64,000 nucleotides of DNA from Elsinoe ampelina (taxonomy: Eukaryota), in contig ML992503.1 in the NCBI GenBank assembly GCA_010093995.1, forward strand, positions 1,107,234 to 1,171,233. The letters run 5' to 3'. Shown here in pieces: positions 20,558 through 33,899 of the stretch (position 1 is the stretch's first letter; the number at the start of each line of letters is the position of its first letter). The notes below the pieces were generated by a model. It was not told the origin of the DNA, ran no database searches, and was given only the letters and a program-made list of their open reading frames with translations. The translations under genes and the position numbers were made by a program.

Positions 20558-22410
20558 TCAGACAGTACCAGCTGGCTGCTCCATCCCGAAACGGACATGA
20601 TCATCAGCCACTCGTCTTCTGAACATGCCCAGCTCCTTCATCAGATCATCCACATCCATCTGCCATTCATGCGGTGCCGACTCATAGCCGTCATCCTCCT
20701 CACTGGCATATTCCGTCTCCGCGTACTCGGTTTCATCATCAGTGGCGTAGTAGTTCTCCTTCTCCTCCGCCTTGGGTATCACGATCGGGTTCTTCAGTTC
20801 TCCTAAAGCCAGTGCAAGATGTCTCCTCAAGCTGTCAACCTCGTTCTGCAAACTCTCAGCATGTGGTCGGAGATCGTCCAGCTCCTGTGTGAGAGCTCGT
20901 ATCTTCACGTCGCTGACGGACTTGGACTCCTCCATGGCTCGCTGCATCTTGAGTACCTCTCGCTGGTAGTTCTCCAGTTCTTCCGTGGCTCGGTCAGCCT
21001 CGTCTCGCTTCCGAGTCGCTGCAGTATTCATACAGAGCTGAAGACTTCGAATTGTCTCTTGCATCTCTAGAATCTTTGCATCACGCTCGGCAGCGGAGAC
21101 GGCGTCTTGATTGACATGGGCACGAGTGCGAATCTTCTTGGCTTGATCGGCATAGCGTAGTGTCGAGAGAGTCTCTTCGTAGTCAGTCGGGCTGATGCAA
21201 GCTACCATGGCCGTCTTGGAATTGCCTCCTAGACTGTCCTTGAGCAGCCACGTGAGAACTGAATCTCTGTACGGCACCACATCCAGTCTTCGCTTGGTCT
21301 GGTTTGCTGGTCCCTTGGCCTGAAGTGCACGTTGACGTTTCGGATCTGCCAAAGCGGCTATGACTCGACCAAGCGTCGTCAGCGACTGATTGATGTTGCT
21401 ACCCTCTTTCAGGCGAGCACCTGTCGCCTCTGTGCGATTGGCTCTCTCTGATCCAGCAAGGTCGACCAATCTCATGCGCGCCAACCTCTCAATGGTGCTG
21501 TCTGATGCGATGTCGTGCTGAATTTGTTTCAGGGTCAAGGTGAAGACGGCATGGGAGCGAGAAGAGGTGTCGTTCATCTTTGTCGAAGCTGTAGTACGAT
21601 TCTGATCGCCAGCCTTCATGATTTTCTCCACTTCAGCATAGCTCTTGACCGGGCTGTCGGTAAGACCTTGCACATAGACACCGTCTGCTTTACTCTCGCG
21701 GATCTTCAGGTAGGTCGCTGGGTTCGTCCTCGGTGTGAGCAGGTCCCGGACGTGCTCATTATAGACTTCAAAGTATGAGACGTGAACGTTGTATGTTATG
21801 TTCCCGTTCTGCTCATCGTTGATCCTCTCGAAGAGACCTTCGCATGTGCGCGGTATCAGACCAGGTTGCTCTGGTGTTCCCATCATCGTGTAAGATTTGC
21901 CTGATCCTGTCTGTCCGTATGCAAATATGCATGTGTGGTATCCGTCAAAGTTGTGGTCCAAGAACTCCTCACCGAATGAACCATACACATCTTTTTGGTG
22001 TGCATAGTGTCCGGATTCTATGTCGTGCGACCAGAACGATTTGTCGAACGTAAAGCTCTTTTCTTCGTAGACCTTGCGTGATGCTTTTGCTTCTGTGACA
22101 CTGACAGGGGGTGGGTGAAGGGTCGTCTGTTGAGTGACTGGGTTCATTTCGACGATACATGGCGCAGATCGATCCAGCTCTGGAGAATGTAAGTGGTATG
22201 CAGGCGAATGGACGATGTGGACATACCTCGCTGAAGAAACTTGCGCACTCGCACGACGACCTTGACGCTGTTCCCTCCATCAGGAGTCGTCGGCCTCGAG
22301 TCAATCATGTCCGATTCTCTTGCGCGCATCGAAGGTGTTGAAGCTGTACTGACATAAGGGTATCTGGCAGCGGGGGCTCCGCGGTTCGCGGCAATCTCGG
22401 TCAACGCCAT
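20558..22410 (-). CDS. Short fungal kinesin-3 motor (UncB/Nkin3-like, no FHA/PH tail seen) (2 exons)
   Basis: SVKVVVRVR, FTFDKSFWS, P-loop GQTGSGKS, NDTSSRSH, DLAGSER and VPYRDSVLTWLLKDSLGGNSKT, then a short coiled-coil tail. Intron at 22180-22226. Confidence 0.92.
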
Positions 22411-23772
22411 TTCCTCAAGAGTTTCGATTACATCCACAACGGTTTGCTGAGCGCGGATCCTGAGAAAGGTATACATGGACTCATTATCATTGCGACCCAG
22501 TGTAACGACTCAGCCAATGTCAGTGCGCATCTCGATCAGCCACTAATAGTGTGCGCTGTCGCTCATCATCCCGAATTCGCGCCCAAACAAGTGCGTCATA
22601 GCGTTGCGAGGGGCAACGCTTCACGCAAAGGCCGAGGCAGTCAAAGTGACAGCTCTATACGTTCCCGCCTGTCACGCTGTGCCATGGATTCAAAAATGTT
22701 TGATCAATCAAGCATCCTCAGGCTTTACGCTCTGTAAATATTGAGGGGGCGCGCACGGCTCCAGCAACTTGGATTCTCGTTCAATGAGCTCTGCCAACAT
22801 CTAGCAATCTCAGCTGGGCCCCCACCGGTATCGTGAAATAGGTCGCGCACATGGCAGGCTATAGTACCCAAGTCACTAGCGAAATCGATCCGGAGATGGT
22901 ACTGTCAGCGATCAGGGTCCCATGCGATATTGATTTATCCACGCAAGTTGGTGCCGAAGCCGACATAAGCCTGCACAATCGGCTCGATCGGATCTCGTAG
23001 GTCTCTTGGGACGCCCTCTCACGAGATTTACCAACCTGTGGTCCGCCATGACGCTGCCGGATGAAGTCGCAAGCGTGACAACGTAGACCAGGCATCTACG
23101 TACCATCGCAGGCAAGAGATGCCTACCTCTCGTCCTGGTATCGAGATGTCGAGGCATCTTAGCCAACCCGAGTTTGTGACTGCTATTCGACTTGACCCTA
23201 ACAGCAAGGATTAGGAGCATCCGCGATAGGACCGAACGAATATGCTGCCCTGACCATTCGAAGAGAGAGCCACCTCAATGATCACCACGTGCCTCTACCT
23301 GCATCGTGACCCTGACGGTCGCCGTGAGAGCATCTGCGTCAAGCCCTGCGGCAAGTCCAACATGTCTCTGGTTCCAGATCTTGGAAATGAGCTTTTCCTT
23401 CATGGCTTGAGGCTTGTCAGCGCCGTCAAAAATGCTTCGTGGTGACGAACCAATTACAGGAGCGCCCTCACTCGACTTCGGAGAGCCTTCCCACCTTCGA
23501 CTCGAGGCAGTTTCTGGGGACAGGCGTCTGTCTGGATGCGAGCGGGGCAACCTCTGGCTAAAGACGTTCTTGCGGGGTGCCCTAGGTATTCTCCTCAGTG
23601 GTATGAAATCTCACAACATTATCCATATCAACCGGACTATGCAGCTTCTGAAATGAGCTGACCATGGTTCGTGTCCCAGGCAAGATGGACTATGGCTAGA
23701 TAAATATCCTGGCTATGGCCACCAAGGCAACGCCGTTCATTCACACTCTCCAGCCACCATCATCACTCCGAT

Positions 23773-25310
23773 ATGGCACCTCTCATCCCCGTCCTTCTAG
23801 GTCTCACCCTTGGCCTCGGAGCTCGCGCAACTCCACCTCCACCACCAGCTCACCCATCGCCACCTCCTGCTTCGGATGCCCTGACTATCACAGTGAAGCC
23901 CCAGGTCCAATACCAGCAGATTGACGGCATTGGTGTCTCGGAGGCTTTCCAGCGCTCCAATGTCCTATATGGCCTCAACGAACCTTACCGCTCTGAGGTT
24001 CTGGATCTACTCTTCACTGCGAAGGGGGCCGGTCTTACCATCCTGCGCAATGGCATCGGTTCTTCCGTCAGCAACCCATGGGACTTGATGGCGTCCATTG
24101 CTCCCGTAGCCCCTGCGTCAAACAGCAGCGCTGTAAGTTAAACGTGAATTTCATTGCACATGTTGCATCAGAGTACTGACATGAACGGCCAGCTCAACTT
24201 CATCCCTCTGCCCAACGACGACCAACACCAGGTCTGGCTTGCGAAGCAGGCAAAAGCCCGTGGCACCAACTATTTCTACGCCGATGCATGGTCTGCCGAC
24301 CCATACATGAAGACCAACAGTAAGTGATTCGAATGCATTGACGATAATTAACTCAATGCGAACCAGACAACGAGAACTTCGGCGGTAATCTCTGTGGTGT
24401 CAGGAACACCAGCTGTGCTACTGGCGACTGGCGTCAATCTTACGCCAGCAAGTTGGTCAGGTTCCTTCAGCTCTACAAAGCTCAGGGCATCACCTATGAC
24501 TACGTTGGTTTCCTGAACGAGCCAGACTTCAACGCTAGCTATGCCGGCATGCTGTCCGACGGCCTGCAGGCGGCCGACTTCATTGAGGTCCTCGCGCCAG
24601 CTTTGAAGAAGGCAGGCCTCCGTACCGAAATCGCTTGCTGCGAAGGCACTGGCTGGGATATCTCCCGCCAATTGCTTGAAGGCGTTCAATCCGCCGGGCA
24701 GGAGAAGAACATTGGTCTTGTCACCAGTCACGGTTATAGCTCTGCTCCTGGTGCTCCTCTCAACACCTCAAAGAAGGTCTGGCAAACTGAGTGGTCGACT
24801 TTTGACGCCACAAACTACGATTGGTACTCTACCGGCAAGTCCTCAGATGGTCTTGCCTGGGCCAACAACATCCAGAAAGGCTTCCGCGACTCAAACTTGA
24901 ACGGCCACATCTACTGGTGGGGCGCTGCCAATGCGTCGGACAATGAACCTCTCATCTTCATCAACAATACAGCCGAGGTCCGCGTCACTGCCCGTCTTTG
25001 GGCTCATGCACACTTCGGTAGCAAGTTCGTCCGCAAGGACGCGCACCGCATCGAGGCGACTATTGGATCAGCCGCCCTGAACGTCTCGGCTTTCCAGAAC
25101 GTCGACAAGTCCATCTCCGTCCAGATCATCAACAATGGCAACACCCCCCAGGATGTCGTCGTGAAGGGCTTCGGCCCACGCGGAAGGATCAGCACTTTCC
25201 TTACCAACAACGCCAACAACCTGACCCGAGGCGAAGCAAGAGTAGATCCTCAGGGTGCTCGTGCCAGCATTCCTGCATTCTCCTTGCTCAGCTTCCTGTA
25301 TACTCGTTGA
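23773..25310 (+). CDS. Secreted glycoside hydrolase family 30 (probably GH30_7 xylanase-type) (3 exons)
   Basis: Signal peptide, then YQQIDGIGVSEAF, ILRNGIGS, YADAWSA, acid/base FLNEPD and nucleophile VWQTEW. Introns at 24133-24192 and 24320-24366. Confidence 0.85.
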
Positions 25311-25639
25311 GAGCTAGCAGAGGATATGGAGTGGGCATTAGATACAGTCCTGAACTTGATGTACCAATTCGACCATGATGGGCGCCGAGGAGACAATTCG
25401 CTTTTTCGTATATGCTTCCGAGTCTTGTCAGTTATTCTCCATGCCGTCTTAGCCAGTCCACTCCTTCCGCTACCTGAAAATCGTTTGAATCTCGCCTTCC
25501 GCCCTGTTTCGTGATTAGTCAGCTCGCTCGCACAGATCTGGCCAATCACAATCGATCTCTACCACCTCCATGAAGTTTCGCTGGTAGTCAAGGATATATT
25601 CCATCGAGCACTTTGGTCAGGAGTCGATCTACTCGTCGC

Positions 25640-28600
25640 ATGCAACACTCGACCTCGGAGAATGGCCTTGACAGGCTGTTCGCTCGCGTCCCTCTCGAGG
25701 AGCAGGCGGCGGCTCTGGAAGAGCTTGCTACCTCCCTGAGGACAGAAAATGACCTAACTGTTGCGTCCTGGTTACTATCAAGACCAGCCACCGCAGCATT
25801 GGAAGGTTGTCGACACGCGGTGTATCAATTTTTGGGGTTGCTACTGCGAGAAAAGCCGTTGTCTGTCGTAGCATTCTGTGCCACATCGCCTGAAGTCAGC
25901 CAGTGGGCCCTGCAAGCAGCTGCTACAGATCTCAAGCAGAAACACAAGTCGCTAGTCACCCTGGTAGAGGCGTCAGAAGGATCTGAAGATCATGATTTCG
26001 ACCATGACGTCGATCGATATCGCGCTGGGGAGCAGCAAGCGATCGATGGAGTGGCTGATAGCATCAGTATGCTCGACATCGTGCATGAAAGGAGTACGAA
26101 GAATGGCCAACTAGCCCTGGACATCTCTCTACTGGATCTGCTGCTCCAGATCTACTGCACTTGGCTTAAAAGGTATGAAGCCATGTCTTCCAATGCAGGC
26201 ATAGTGTTGAGGAAGTGGATGGACGCCGTTGCTCAGCATCCGACCAACCAAGAGACTCTGCAGGAAGTACAGGAGCGATTATGGCACTACCTTGGCATCA
26301 TGTGTATCGGTGGTGTCAGGTCAGATTCTACCAAGGTCTTTCGTCTCTGGTGGTATTCACTGAACATCCAGACCATTTCTAACGAGAACAATGAATTTCG
26401 GTCCCGCCATTTCCTATCAGATACATCATGGTCTACTCTGCAGGACGGACTGTTAATAGGGGACACAGAGGTCCGTCGGAATGTCTTGCGCATTCTGCGG
26501 ATGTCCATAGACTTTTTGGCGAGAAGTGATGTGGTTGTCGACTGCCAAAATCTACAAATCACGGAGTCAAATAGGGGTGAGCATATCAATCACGAGCAAA
26601 TGGAATATCATCTGACAACAAGCTTAGCTAGGGTGGCCCGTAGTATGGAGCGATTCTGCACAGTCTTCGAAACCATCGTCATGGGAAGATACATCAATCA
26701 AGTCAGGGAGTTAGAGCTCGACCTTGCACAGCTAGCCGGACCCACTGCAGTCCTTCCAAGATCATGGCTTTTGACAGTACTTCAACCAGCCATGTCAAAT
26801 AAGATGCAAGACAGCATACGGAATTTCATTGGCAACTGGATTCTTGACGCAGACCTATCTGCACCAGAACATGGTTCGAAACTGGACGGGCTGCTTCGCG
26901 AAACTCTACTACCCTGGATCACTAGAGGAGCCAGCTATGTCAACACTATTCGAGGTACAACCGACGATCTTATCAGCACACATGGTCAGAGGGTGTCGGC
27001 TTTCTTCCGAAGACTGCTCAAAGAAATGGGCGATAGGACGCAAAGATCTCATATCACGACAATCGTTAACTACCTAGCAAAGGTACGCCACAACACAATG
27101 GCCTTTGCGATAGTTTGTATACTACATGGAGTGCAGCAAGCTGTTAGCGATTGGGCACCACAGGCCATCGTCGCCGATACGCTGTATGCACTCGGCGATA
27201 TAGCATCGACACCTGGGCTGCCCGAGGTCCAACGAGATCTGATAGTCGTACTGTGCCGGGAGATTTCTACCAAGCTTTTCTTCCCAGGAAGAGATGACCG
27301 AGTCAAGTTGAAGCTTGAGCCGGTTCAAGAGCACTATCGTCGCCTTGTGGAACCGAGTCCAAAATCCCGACCAGAATCTCCGCAGTGGAGGACTCTGGAC
27401 GACCTTCAGCACGATATAGATCTGACTCGCTCGAACTGTCTGAAAGGTTCCGGCTTACTGGATGCCTGTGCCTGCCTAGGAACAATCCCCAGCAGTGAAG
27501 ATGCGGCTCTATCAGCCACCAAGTTGGCCAAGATCTTTGACAGCGTATGGGAGCAGGTAGAGATTCAAGATTACCCCAAGGTTGTACTGTTGGAAGTACC
27601 AGCACTCTTCTTACATCCGCGGTCGATCGGATTGACTTCACAAGACGAGTCGCTGAGGGATCAAGTCGTGTTCTTTGTCAGGGAATATCACAAGCTCTTC
27701 GCAGGGCGGATCTACACCTGGACGCCCTTCATGGTATCCCTCAGACGTGCAGTGCTGTCTACCAAAGACCCTTCGGACACATTGAACACGATGAACATCA
27801 GCGATATCGTTGACTATGTAGTGCGCTCGCCACCGACAGCGAAGCCTGAATTTCAACTCGATGCTGCGGCTGCCAACACATTGTCGTCGTTCTCGCCAGC
27901 TACGTCACATTTGACTTATGAGCACTATTATGGCAGCCACGAAGAAGTTGGCTGGGCAGCATTCTTCGATCTAGTGGCTCATTTGGACTCAGCAGATACC
28001 GACTATAGCCTCCATCTACTCGATAAGCTATTGGAGCCATGGATCAAGCAGCGGATACCCGCGGTGATCGTGAATCAATGGAAAACCACGGAATGGCTGC
28101 AGACCGTGTTGATTTTGTTGGAAAGCAGCCAGCTTGTCCACAGTGTCGATCTGGCTGGAAAGTATGCTCAGACCATCATGTACCTCTTGTCGGTTGAGCC
28201 GCTCCCACGCTATCGATTCCTTCTCGAATGGATGCTTTGTCGCCTGATAATCAAGCACAAGCTATTGATTGACCTAGTCATCGATGTCCTATCGTCTATC
28301 GACCACCACGGGAACCCGAAATACCTGGCTTCCATCGTCAAGGTAGCCATCAGCATCATCTGCAGTAGTATAGGTGACGAGACTATGGCCACTCGAGTCA
28401 TCCCGAGGCTAGCTGGTCTCGCAGCGAGCTCCAAGATCATAATCCGACATGAAGCGCAATGGGCATTACCTGCCTTCTGGAAACACGCTGAGCTCAATGA
28501 CTGGAAAACTGTTCTTGATAACCACGTCGTGCGTGGCCTCATGGACTACATCCATAGTCTTGAGCGGACTATTGTGCCTGCTCCGGAACGAGAGAACAGT

Positions 28601-29392
28601 AGATTCGATCTGGATCATGACCACACACTGGCAACCCTACTCTCTGGTAGTTATCTCGGTCTCGAACCGACGGTCATGCCAAGGGTAGAGGAACAAGATT
28701 TCAGCAAACTCTTTGAGCTTGACGGTCACGCGGTCAACAAAGTTGAGACGAGTCTGTGTCGAAACATGCCAGTCGGCAACAAGCCACGAGCTAGAGTGGC
28801 AACTGCCTACTCGGACGTGCCCAAGGAGAAGAAAGCAGTCAACACAGAAGACATTGTGGCTCTACAGACCAAAGGGACGTCCTATCTTGGCGGTACAGTC
28901 GAAGACTTGCGTAAGAAGAGAGTCGGATCTGGGTTACTTGTTGTTGGGTCGCTCGTGGACAATCCTTACAATTTAGGCGGCCTTTCGAGAGTCTCGGAGA
29001 TCTTTGGTGCAGCAGCACTGTATGTTGCGAATACCAAGGTACTCACGCACAAAGACTTTGAATCTGTGGCTGTCTCATCACACATGCATTTTGATGTGAA
29101 GGATCTGCCAGTCGCAGAGATGGTGGACTTCTTCTCAAGCAAGAGACTGGAAGGCTACTGCATTGTCGGGATCGAGCAGACCGATCGCAGCAAACTCCTG
29201 GGACAGAAGCAGACGATACTTCCGGAAAAGACAATCCTGGTACTCGGTGCCGAGAGAGAAGGCATGCCTGCAGAGATCCTTGCCGTCTGTGATCTGCTAG
29301 TGGAGATACCCCAAAAGGGCAGCACACGATCGCTGAACGTCCAGACTGCGGCAGCTTGTGTCCTCTTTGACTACTGTAGACAACATCAATGA
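25640..29392 (+). CDS. TRM3: tRNA (guanosine-18 2'-O)-methyltransferase, Trm3/TARBP1
   Basis: Long helical N-terminus and a C-terminal SpoU domain: SLVDNPYNLGGLSRVSEIFG, VGIEQT, LVLGAEREGMP and VEIPQKGSTRSLNV. Confidence 0.9.
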   Translation: MQHSTSENGLDRLFARVPLEEQAAALEELATSLRTENDLTVASWLLSRPATAALEGCRHAVYQFLGLLLREKPLSVVAFCATSPEVSQWALQAAATDLKQKHKSLVTLVEASEGSEDHDFDHDVDRYRAGEQQAIDGVADSISMLDIVHERSTKNGQLALDISLLDLLLQIYCTWLKRYEAMSSNAGIVLRKWMDAVAQHPTNQETLQEVQERLWHYLGIMCIGGVRSDSTKVFRLWWYSLNIQTISNENNEFRSRHFLSDTSWSTLQDGLLIGDTEVRRNVLRILRMSIDFLARSDVVVDCQNLQITESNRGEHINHEQMEYHLTTSLARVARSMERFCTVFETIVMGRYINQVRELELDLAQLAGPTAVLPRSWLLTVLQPAMSNKMQDSIRNFIGNWILDADLSAPEHGSKLDGLLRETLLPWITRGASYVNTIRGTTDDLISTHGQRVSAFFRRLLKEMGDRTQRSHITTIVNYLAKVRHNTMAFAIVCILHGVQQAVSDWAPQAIVADTLYALGDIASTPGLPEVQRDLIVVLCREISTKLFFPGRDDRVKLKLEPVQEHYRRLVEPSPKSRPESPQWRTLDDLQHDIDLTRSNCLKGSGLLDACACLGTIPSSEDAALSATKLAKIFDSVWEQVEIQDYPKVVLLEVPALFLHPRSIGLTSQDESLRDQVVFFVREYHKLFAGRIYTWTPFMVSLRRAVLSTKDPSDTLNTMNISDIVDYVVRSPPTAKPEFQLDAAAANTLSSFSPATSHLTYEHYYGSHEEVGWAAFFDLVAHLDSADTDYSLHLLDKLLEPWIKQRIPAVIVNQWKTTEWLQTVLILLESSQLVHSVDLAGKYAQTIMYLLSVEPLPRYRFLLEWMLCRLIIKHKLLIDLVIDVLSSIDHHGNPKYLASIVKVAISIICSSIGDETMATRVIPRLAGLAASSKIIIRHEAQWALPAFWKHAELNDWKTVLDNHVVRGLMDYIHSLERTIVPAPERENSRFDLDHDHTLATLLSGSYLGLEPTVMPRVEEQDFSKLFELDGHAVNKVETSLCRNMPVGNKPRARVATAYSDVPKEKKAVNTEDIVALQTKGTSYLGGTVEDLRKKRVGSGLLVVGSLVDNPYNLGGLSRVSEIFGAAALYVANTKVLTHKDFESVAVSSHMHFDVKDLPVAEMVDFFSSKRLEGYCIVGIEQTDRSKLLGQKQTILPEKTILVLGAEREGMPAEILAVCDLLVEIPQKGSTRSLNVQTAAACVLFDYCRQHQ

Positions 29393-29815
29393 AGCAATTC
29401 CGGGAGGAACTCGCAGCTCAACCAGGAATGCGACCAGGATACCCGCCATGCATGCATCTACTGCAGGAGGAAGCAAGTGACTCCACTATTGCCATGGTAA
29501 AGAGAAGTATGAAAAGGTGGAGAAGAGGTAGTTGTCGACAATGTTTGGTCCGTGCGCATCTCCCCAGCGACCGTCTATTTGTGGTTCGGCGTCACTTGAC
29601 GCGCCAATGGCTCAACCTCTGAACTCCAAAAGTCTACCGTTCGACAGAAATCCTCAAGACCACATACCGAATGATGCAAACAACGAATTGAACCCTTCGA
29701 ACATACATACGATCGCAAAAAATTAAAGGACTGCTGGTTCGACCGACGCTGCGCAACCGGATCGATTTCTGCATGAACGACTGATCTGCGGGCGGGCAGC
29801 TGGAGACATTCCACC

Positions 29816-32387
29816 ATGGACACAAGCTACCTGTCTCAGCAAGTCACGACAATTGTGAATCAGCTACATGGATATTTTGACGAGATTGGAGTGCCTACCC
29901 ATGAGCGCGACCAGCGCGAATCAGAGGTGGGTTCGTCGCTGTGGCAGAAACCATCTTTGCTGACAGACAACAGCTCTTCTCTGCACTTTCAGAGACTCTA
30001 CATAACCAGCTCAAGCTCGTCGCAAGGTAGGACATCGCTTCATATCGCTCTCCAATGTCGCTAACATCATCCAGCGAAAAGCATGAGCTCACCGAGCAAG
30101 CGCGCCAGCTAATTCGGACAATCCGGCAGATGGAAGCAGCCCTTGACGACACCAAAGTCCGCGATGATTATGACAGAGACGACGACGATCTCCAGGTCAC
30201 TTGTCCTCTCCTCTCATGCATCGACCACCTGAAGCAAAAGCACAAGACTATCGCCAAGCTGCACAGAGAGAGATACGAGCAAGTCAAGAGTATGTGGTGA
30301 AGAATATGTAAGCAGGCTTGGAGACTGACAGGGACAGGACTTGCTGAGGCGCTCGGATCATACGCATCACACATTGAACCTTCTTTCCTCACGATTAAGC
30401 TCCCGCCTACCTCTCCCAACGCCAAGCTGTCACCTACCTTTGACATCTCACCCACCTACGTTGCGGCCCTCGACAACGAGTTTACCAGAGTCTACGATGA
30501 GTACAATAGGCGAGTCGCGTTGGTACAGCAATTGGCAGAGGAGATCGTCATGCTATGGGGAGAGCTCGGAACACCTCAGGCACAAGTCGACAGCACAATT
30601 GTCAAGTGCTATCGTGACGCACCAGAGCAGCTCGGACTACACCAAGACGACATTACGAGGATCAAAGCTAGACGTGAGAAGCTCATCGACGAGAAGCGAG
30701 CACGGGAGAAGCGGTTGAAGGACTTGCGAGCCACTGTGGAACAGCTATGGGAGAAGCTAGGGATCGAGAATGCAGACCGCAAAGCATTCCTGGCTGCGAA
30801 TAGAGGTTGTGGCATGAGGACGATCAATGAGTTTGAGGATGAATTGGCCAAACTGGAAGAGATGAAGAGGCAGAACCTACATCTATTTGTCGAGGACGCG
30901 CGTTTCAAGCTGCAAGAACTGTGGGACAATCTGTATTTCTCAGAAGAGGAGATGATGGAGTTCACTCCTGCCTTCTCAGGTGAGCAGGACCTATCGAGAA
31001 CCAGGAACAAGCTAATCACTCTTCAGATGTATATTCAGATGCCCTCCTCTCAGCACACGAAGCCGAACTTGCTCGTCTCGAGGCTCTGAAGCAACAACGC
31101 GCACCCATCCTTGCTTCCGTCGAGGAGTACCGCTCGCTCATCAAAGATCGCGAAGACCTTGCTGCGTCGTCACAAGACGCTTCTCGTCTTCTCGGTAAAG
31201 GCGCAAAGGGAGAAAAGCGTGACCCAACACGCCTGCTTCGAGAGGAGAAGATGAGGAAGAGGATCCAGAAGACGTTACCAAAGGTCGAAGCTGAGCTTCG
31301 AAAAGTGCTCACATCCTGGGAGGACGAGTATGGACGACCATTCCTGGTACATGGGGAGCGGTATCTGGACGAGCTTGAGAGCTTATCCGCACCGCCAGTC
31401 CGTGCAGCGCCTCCGAGGTCAAAAACACCTATCAATCCTCCGCCAGCCGCGAACACAAAGTCAGTACGGACAGCACCTCCAGCAAGCAGGAATGGCACAA
31501 TGCGCGGACTTCCACCTAGGAGTAAGACTCCCAATGCCAACCTACTTCGCGAGCGAAACCCTCTCGCATCTTCGGTACACGGATCGTCAACTCTCAAAGC
31601 TAGCACGATCAAGCCTTCCACCGTACGCGGATCACCGAGCAAGATTCCCTCGAGACAGCCCCTTGGAGGTTTGGCGGACGGCGGCAATAGTCCTGAGCGT
31701 CGTCCGAAGACTGCATCTGGCTTCCGTACAGCAGACACTGAAAACCTCAACACTAGTACCATCAAAGCTCGTCCTACTCCTGGCAAACCAGCGACACTGC
31801 GCGCAAATCCAACACGCATGGGTCCTCCTGCCCGTGTGGCGCCGCCAAAGATGAAGGACTTCTTTCCTCCTACACCTACGCCTACGAATTATTCCGACAC
31901 CAGCGATCACTCCTCAGTGATTGTCCGTCACGTGGATCCAGAAGATGTTTACGATGATCAGAGCTACCGCTCGCACCCATCGGGCAGTACTGCAGGCAGT
32001 ATGAGGAGTGTCATGGTCCACGGGTATCCGTCTCGCGGGCAGGGCGGTTATCCCATGGCGCCCCCAAGCCGATTAGGGAGCAACAACTCGCAATCCAGTC
32101 ACAGCAGCCAGGTGAGCCATGTTACGCATAGCACTGCAGTATCGGGCAGCGAGAATTGGGAAACATATACCGACGCTAGCGACGAGGACTACTACCAGCG
32201 AAGAGCAGAGAAGAGGTTGACACCTGATGATGGGTTTGACGAAGAGCAGGTCAGGAAAGGAGTAGGCATGAAAGGACTCGGGCTAGGCATCAGAGGAGGT
32301 GGGATCATGGGTATGGAGAGGGCACGGGAAGGGACAGTCGAAGGCAGCGAGGCCTGGACCGAGACGGATGATGGGGAGGTGTTTTGA
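29816..32387 (+). CDS. ASE1: Microtubule cross-linker Ase1/PRC1/MAP65 (5 exons)
   Basis: MDTSYLSQQVTTIVNQLHGYFDEIG, LQELWDNLYFSEEE, RLLREEKMRKRI, WEDEYGRPFLVHGERY and SGSENWETY. GT-AG introns near 29928, 30027, 30290 and 30980. Confidence 0.9.
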
Positions 32388-32678
32388 GATGCAGGCGGAG
32401 ACTTCTTGTAATATACTTATTGAAGAGTGAAGGACAGGGAGGAATGATTGATTCGGAGTTGGGAAGGATCACGAATATGTCCGCGAGGATGAGAGTCACA
32501 AGATGCAGATACGAGAAATGATATCTTGGTTCACTGTATACCGCGCCTTTCGACGGTGCGTTCTTCTGGATTGTCTTTGCCAGTGACGATTTGGCCGACG
32601 GCATGGGCTTCGCTGTCAATTTTTTGCCGAAGACGACGTTGGTGATCACCACACTTTCCACATGGAATCACTGGACTG

Positions 32679-33371
32679 ATGCGATCCACATTTGCGACCT
32701 TCTCTGACAGTGTCGCCTCGTTCCTTCGCAGCTCCAGCCCGGACACTACCTCAGCAGCCTCAACACTAGGTCTGTCTCCCATCAGCTATTTACAACCCAC
32801 CAACACCTCAACGACCATGACCGCCCCTCCCACCGAAGACGACATCACCTCCCCTCCCTCCCACGAACTCTCCAAACTCCGGCAATCCAACGCCCTCCTC
32901 CTCAAAGCCAACACGCACCTCACCACCCGATCCCAACTCCTCTCCACCAAACTCCTCACCTCGCACACCCGCATCCGGGACCTCAAAACGCTCATCGCCG
33001 ACCTCGAAGCCGAGAAAGAGGATCTACTCGCGCTGATCACAAAGATGGAAGTCGAGCACGGCATGGCGCGCATCGAGAGGGAGTTTGAGCACGAGATGGA
33101 GGTGGAGAGGAGGGGAAGGGAGGGGGAGGCGAGAGTGAGGGGACTGGAGGAGGAGGTCAGGAGGGAGAGGGAGACGGCGGAGAGGAAGGTGAGGAGGGTG
33201 AGGGAGTTTTATGAGGGGTTGTTGGTGGGGGGGATTAAGGTTGAGAGGGTGGAGAGGAAGGTGGAGGGGGTGGAGGGGGAGGGGGAGAAGGGGACGGGGG
33301 AGGGAGGGGCACAAGGAGCGGGCGAGGAAGTAGGGGAGATTAAGGAGGTCGGGGACGGGGACGGGGTGTGA
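32679..33371 (+). CDS. Hypothetical coiled-coil protein with a low-complexity E/R/G tail
   Basis: 230-aa ORF with heptad-like LSKLRQSNALLLKAN...LIADLEAEKEDLLALITKME. The start may be the later ATG near 32818. Confidence 0.55.
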   Translation: MRSTFATFSDSVASFLRSSSPDTTSAASTLGLSPISYLQPTNTSTTMTAPPTEDDITSPPSHELSKLRQSNALLLKANTHLTTRSQLLSTKLLTSHTRIRDLKTLIADLEAEKEDLLALITKMEVEHGMARIEREFEHEMEVERRGREGEARVRGLEEEVRRERETAERKVRRVREFYEGLLVGGIKVERVERKVEGVEGEGEKGTGEGGAQGAGEEVGEIKEVGDGDGV

Positions 33372-33899
33372 TGTGTGAATCTTCAAGTGTATAGGGAGGC
33401 CATCTGAGGGTCCTTCGGCAGGGCAAGGACAAGGATGGGCAGGGGTCATGGCATGGCGCCGGTCAGGAGAACGACATGTGCTGCACGAAGGTGAATATGG
33501 ATCCCCTCAACTAGCACTTACGACTTGCTGCTGCATCTATATTCCCGCATCATTGCAGTCATCATGTGCTGATACAGAGTGTGAGTTGCTGACTCAGGCA
33601 TGTGTATCAAGCTTCACATGCCAATTATACTACATAAAAGAACTTTCTCACCCCTCTAGACTCTTCTTTACTTTACCTTCCAGGCCCTCCTTTCTTTTCG
33701 CGCTTTGCCTCTTCTTCTTTGCGAGAAATCTCTTCCGACTTCCTCTTTCTCCTTCACCACCTCTTCCACCTTCACGGATACCAATACTATACACTGCACA
33801 ACTCTTCGACAGGTAGTATATCACCAGCACGATTCAAAGGTGGTTCGAAAACTCCCAGTTGACGACTTGAGACGAGCGTACTCACGAGCCCGAATTCAC

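Noticed and set aside
15504..32387. Apparent grouping of spindle/chromosome genes (centrin-like, SCC3, kinesin, ASE1)
   Set aside because: They are interleaved with GH30 and TRM3, and kinesin-3 is mainly a transport motor. I saw no shared motif, so chance is sufficient.
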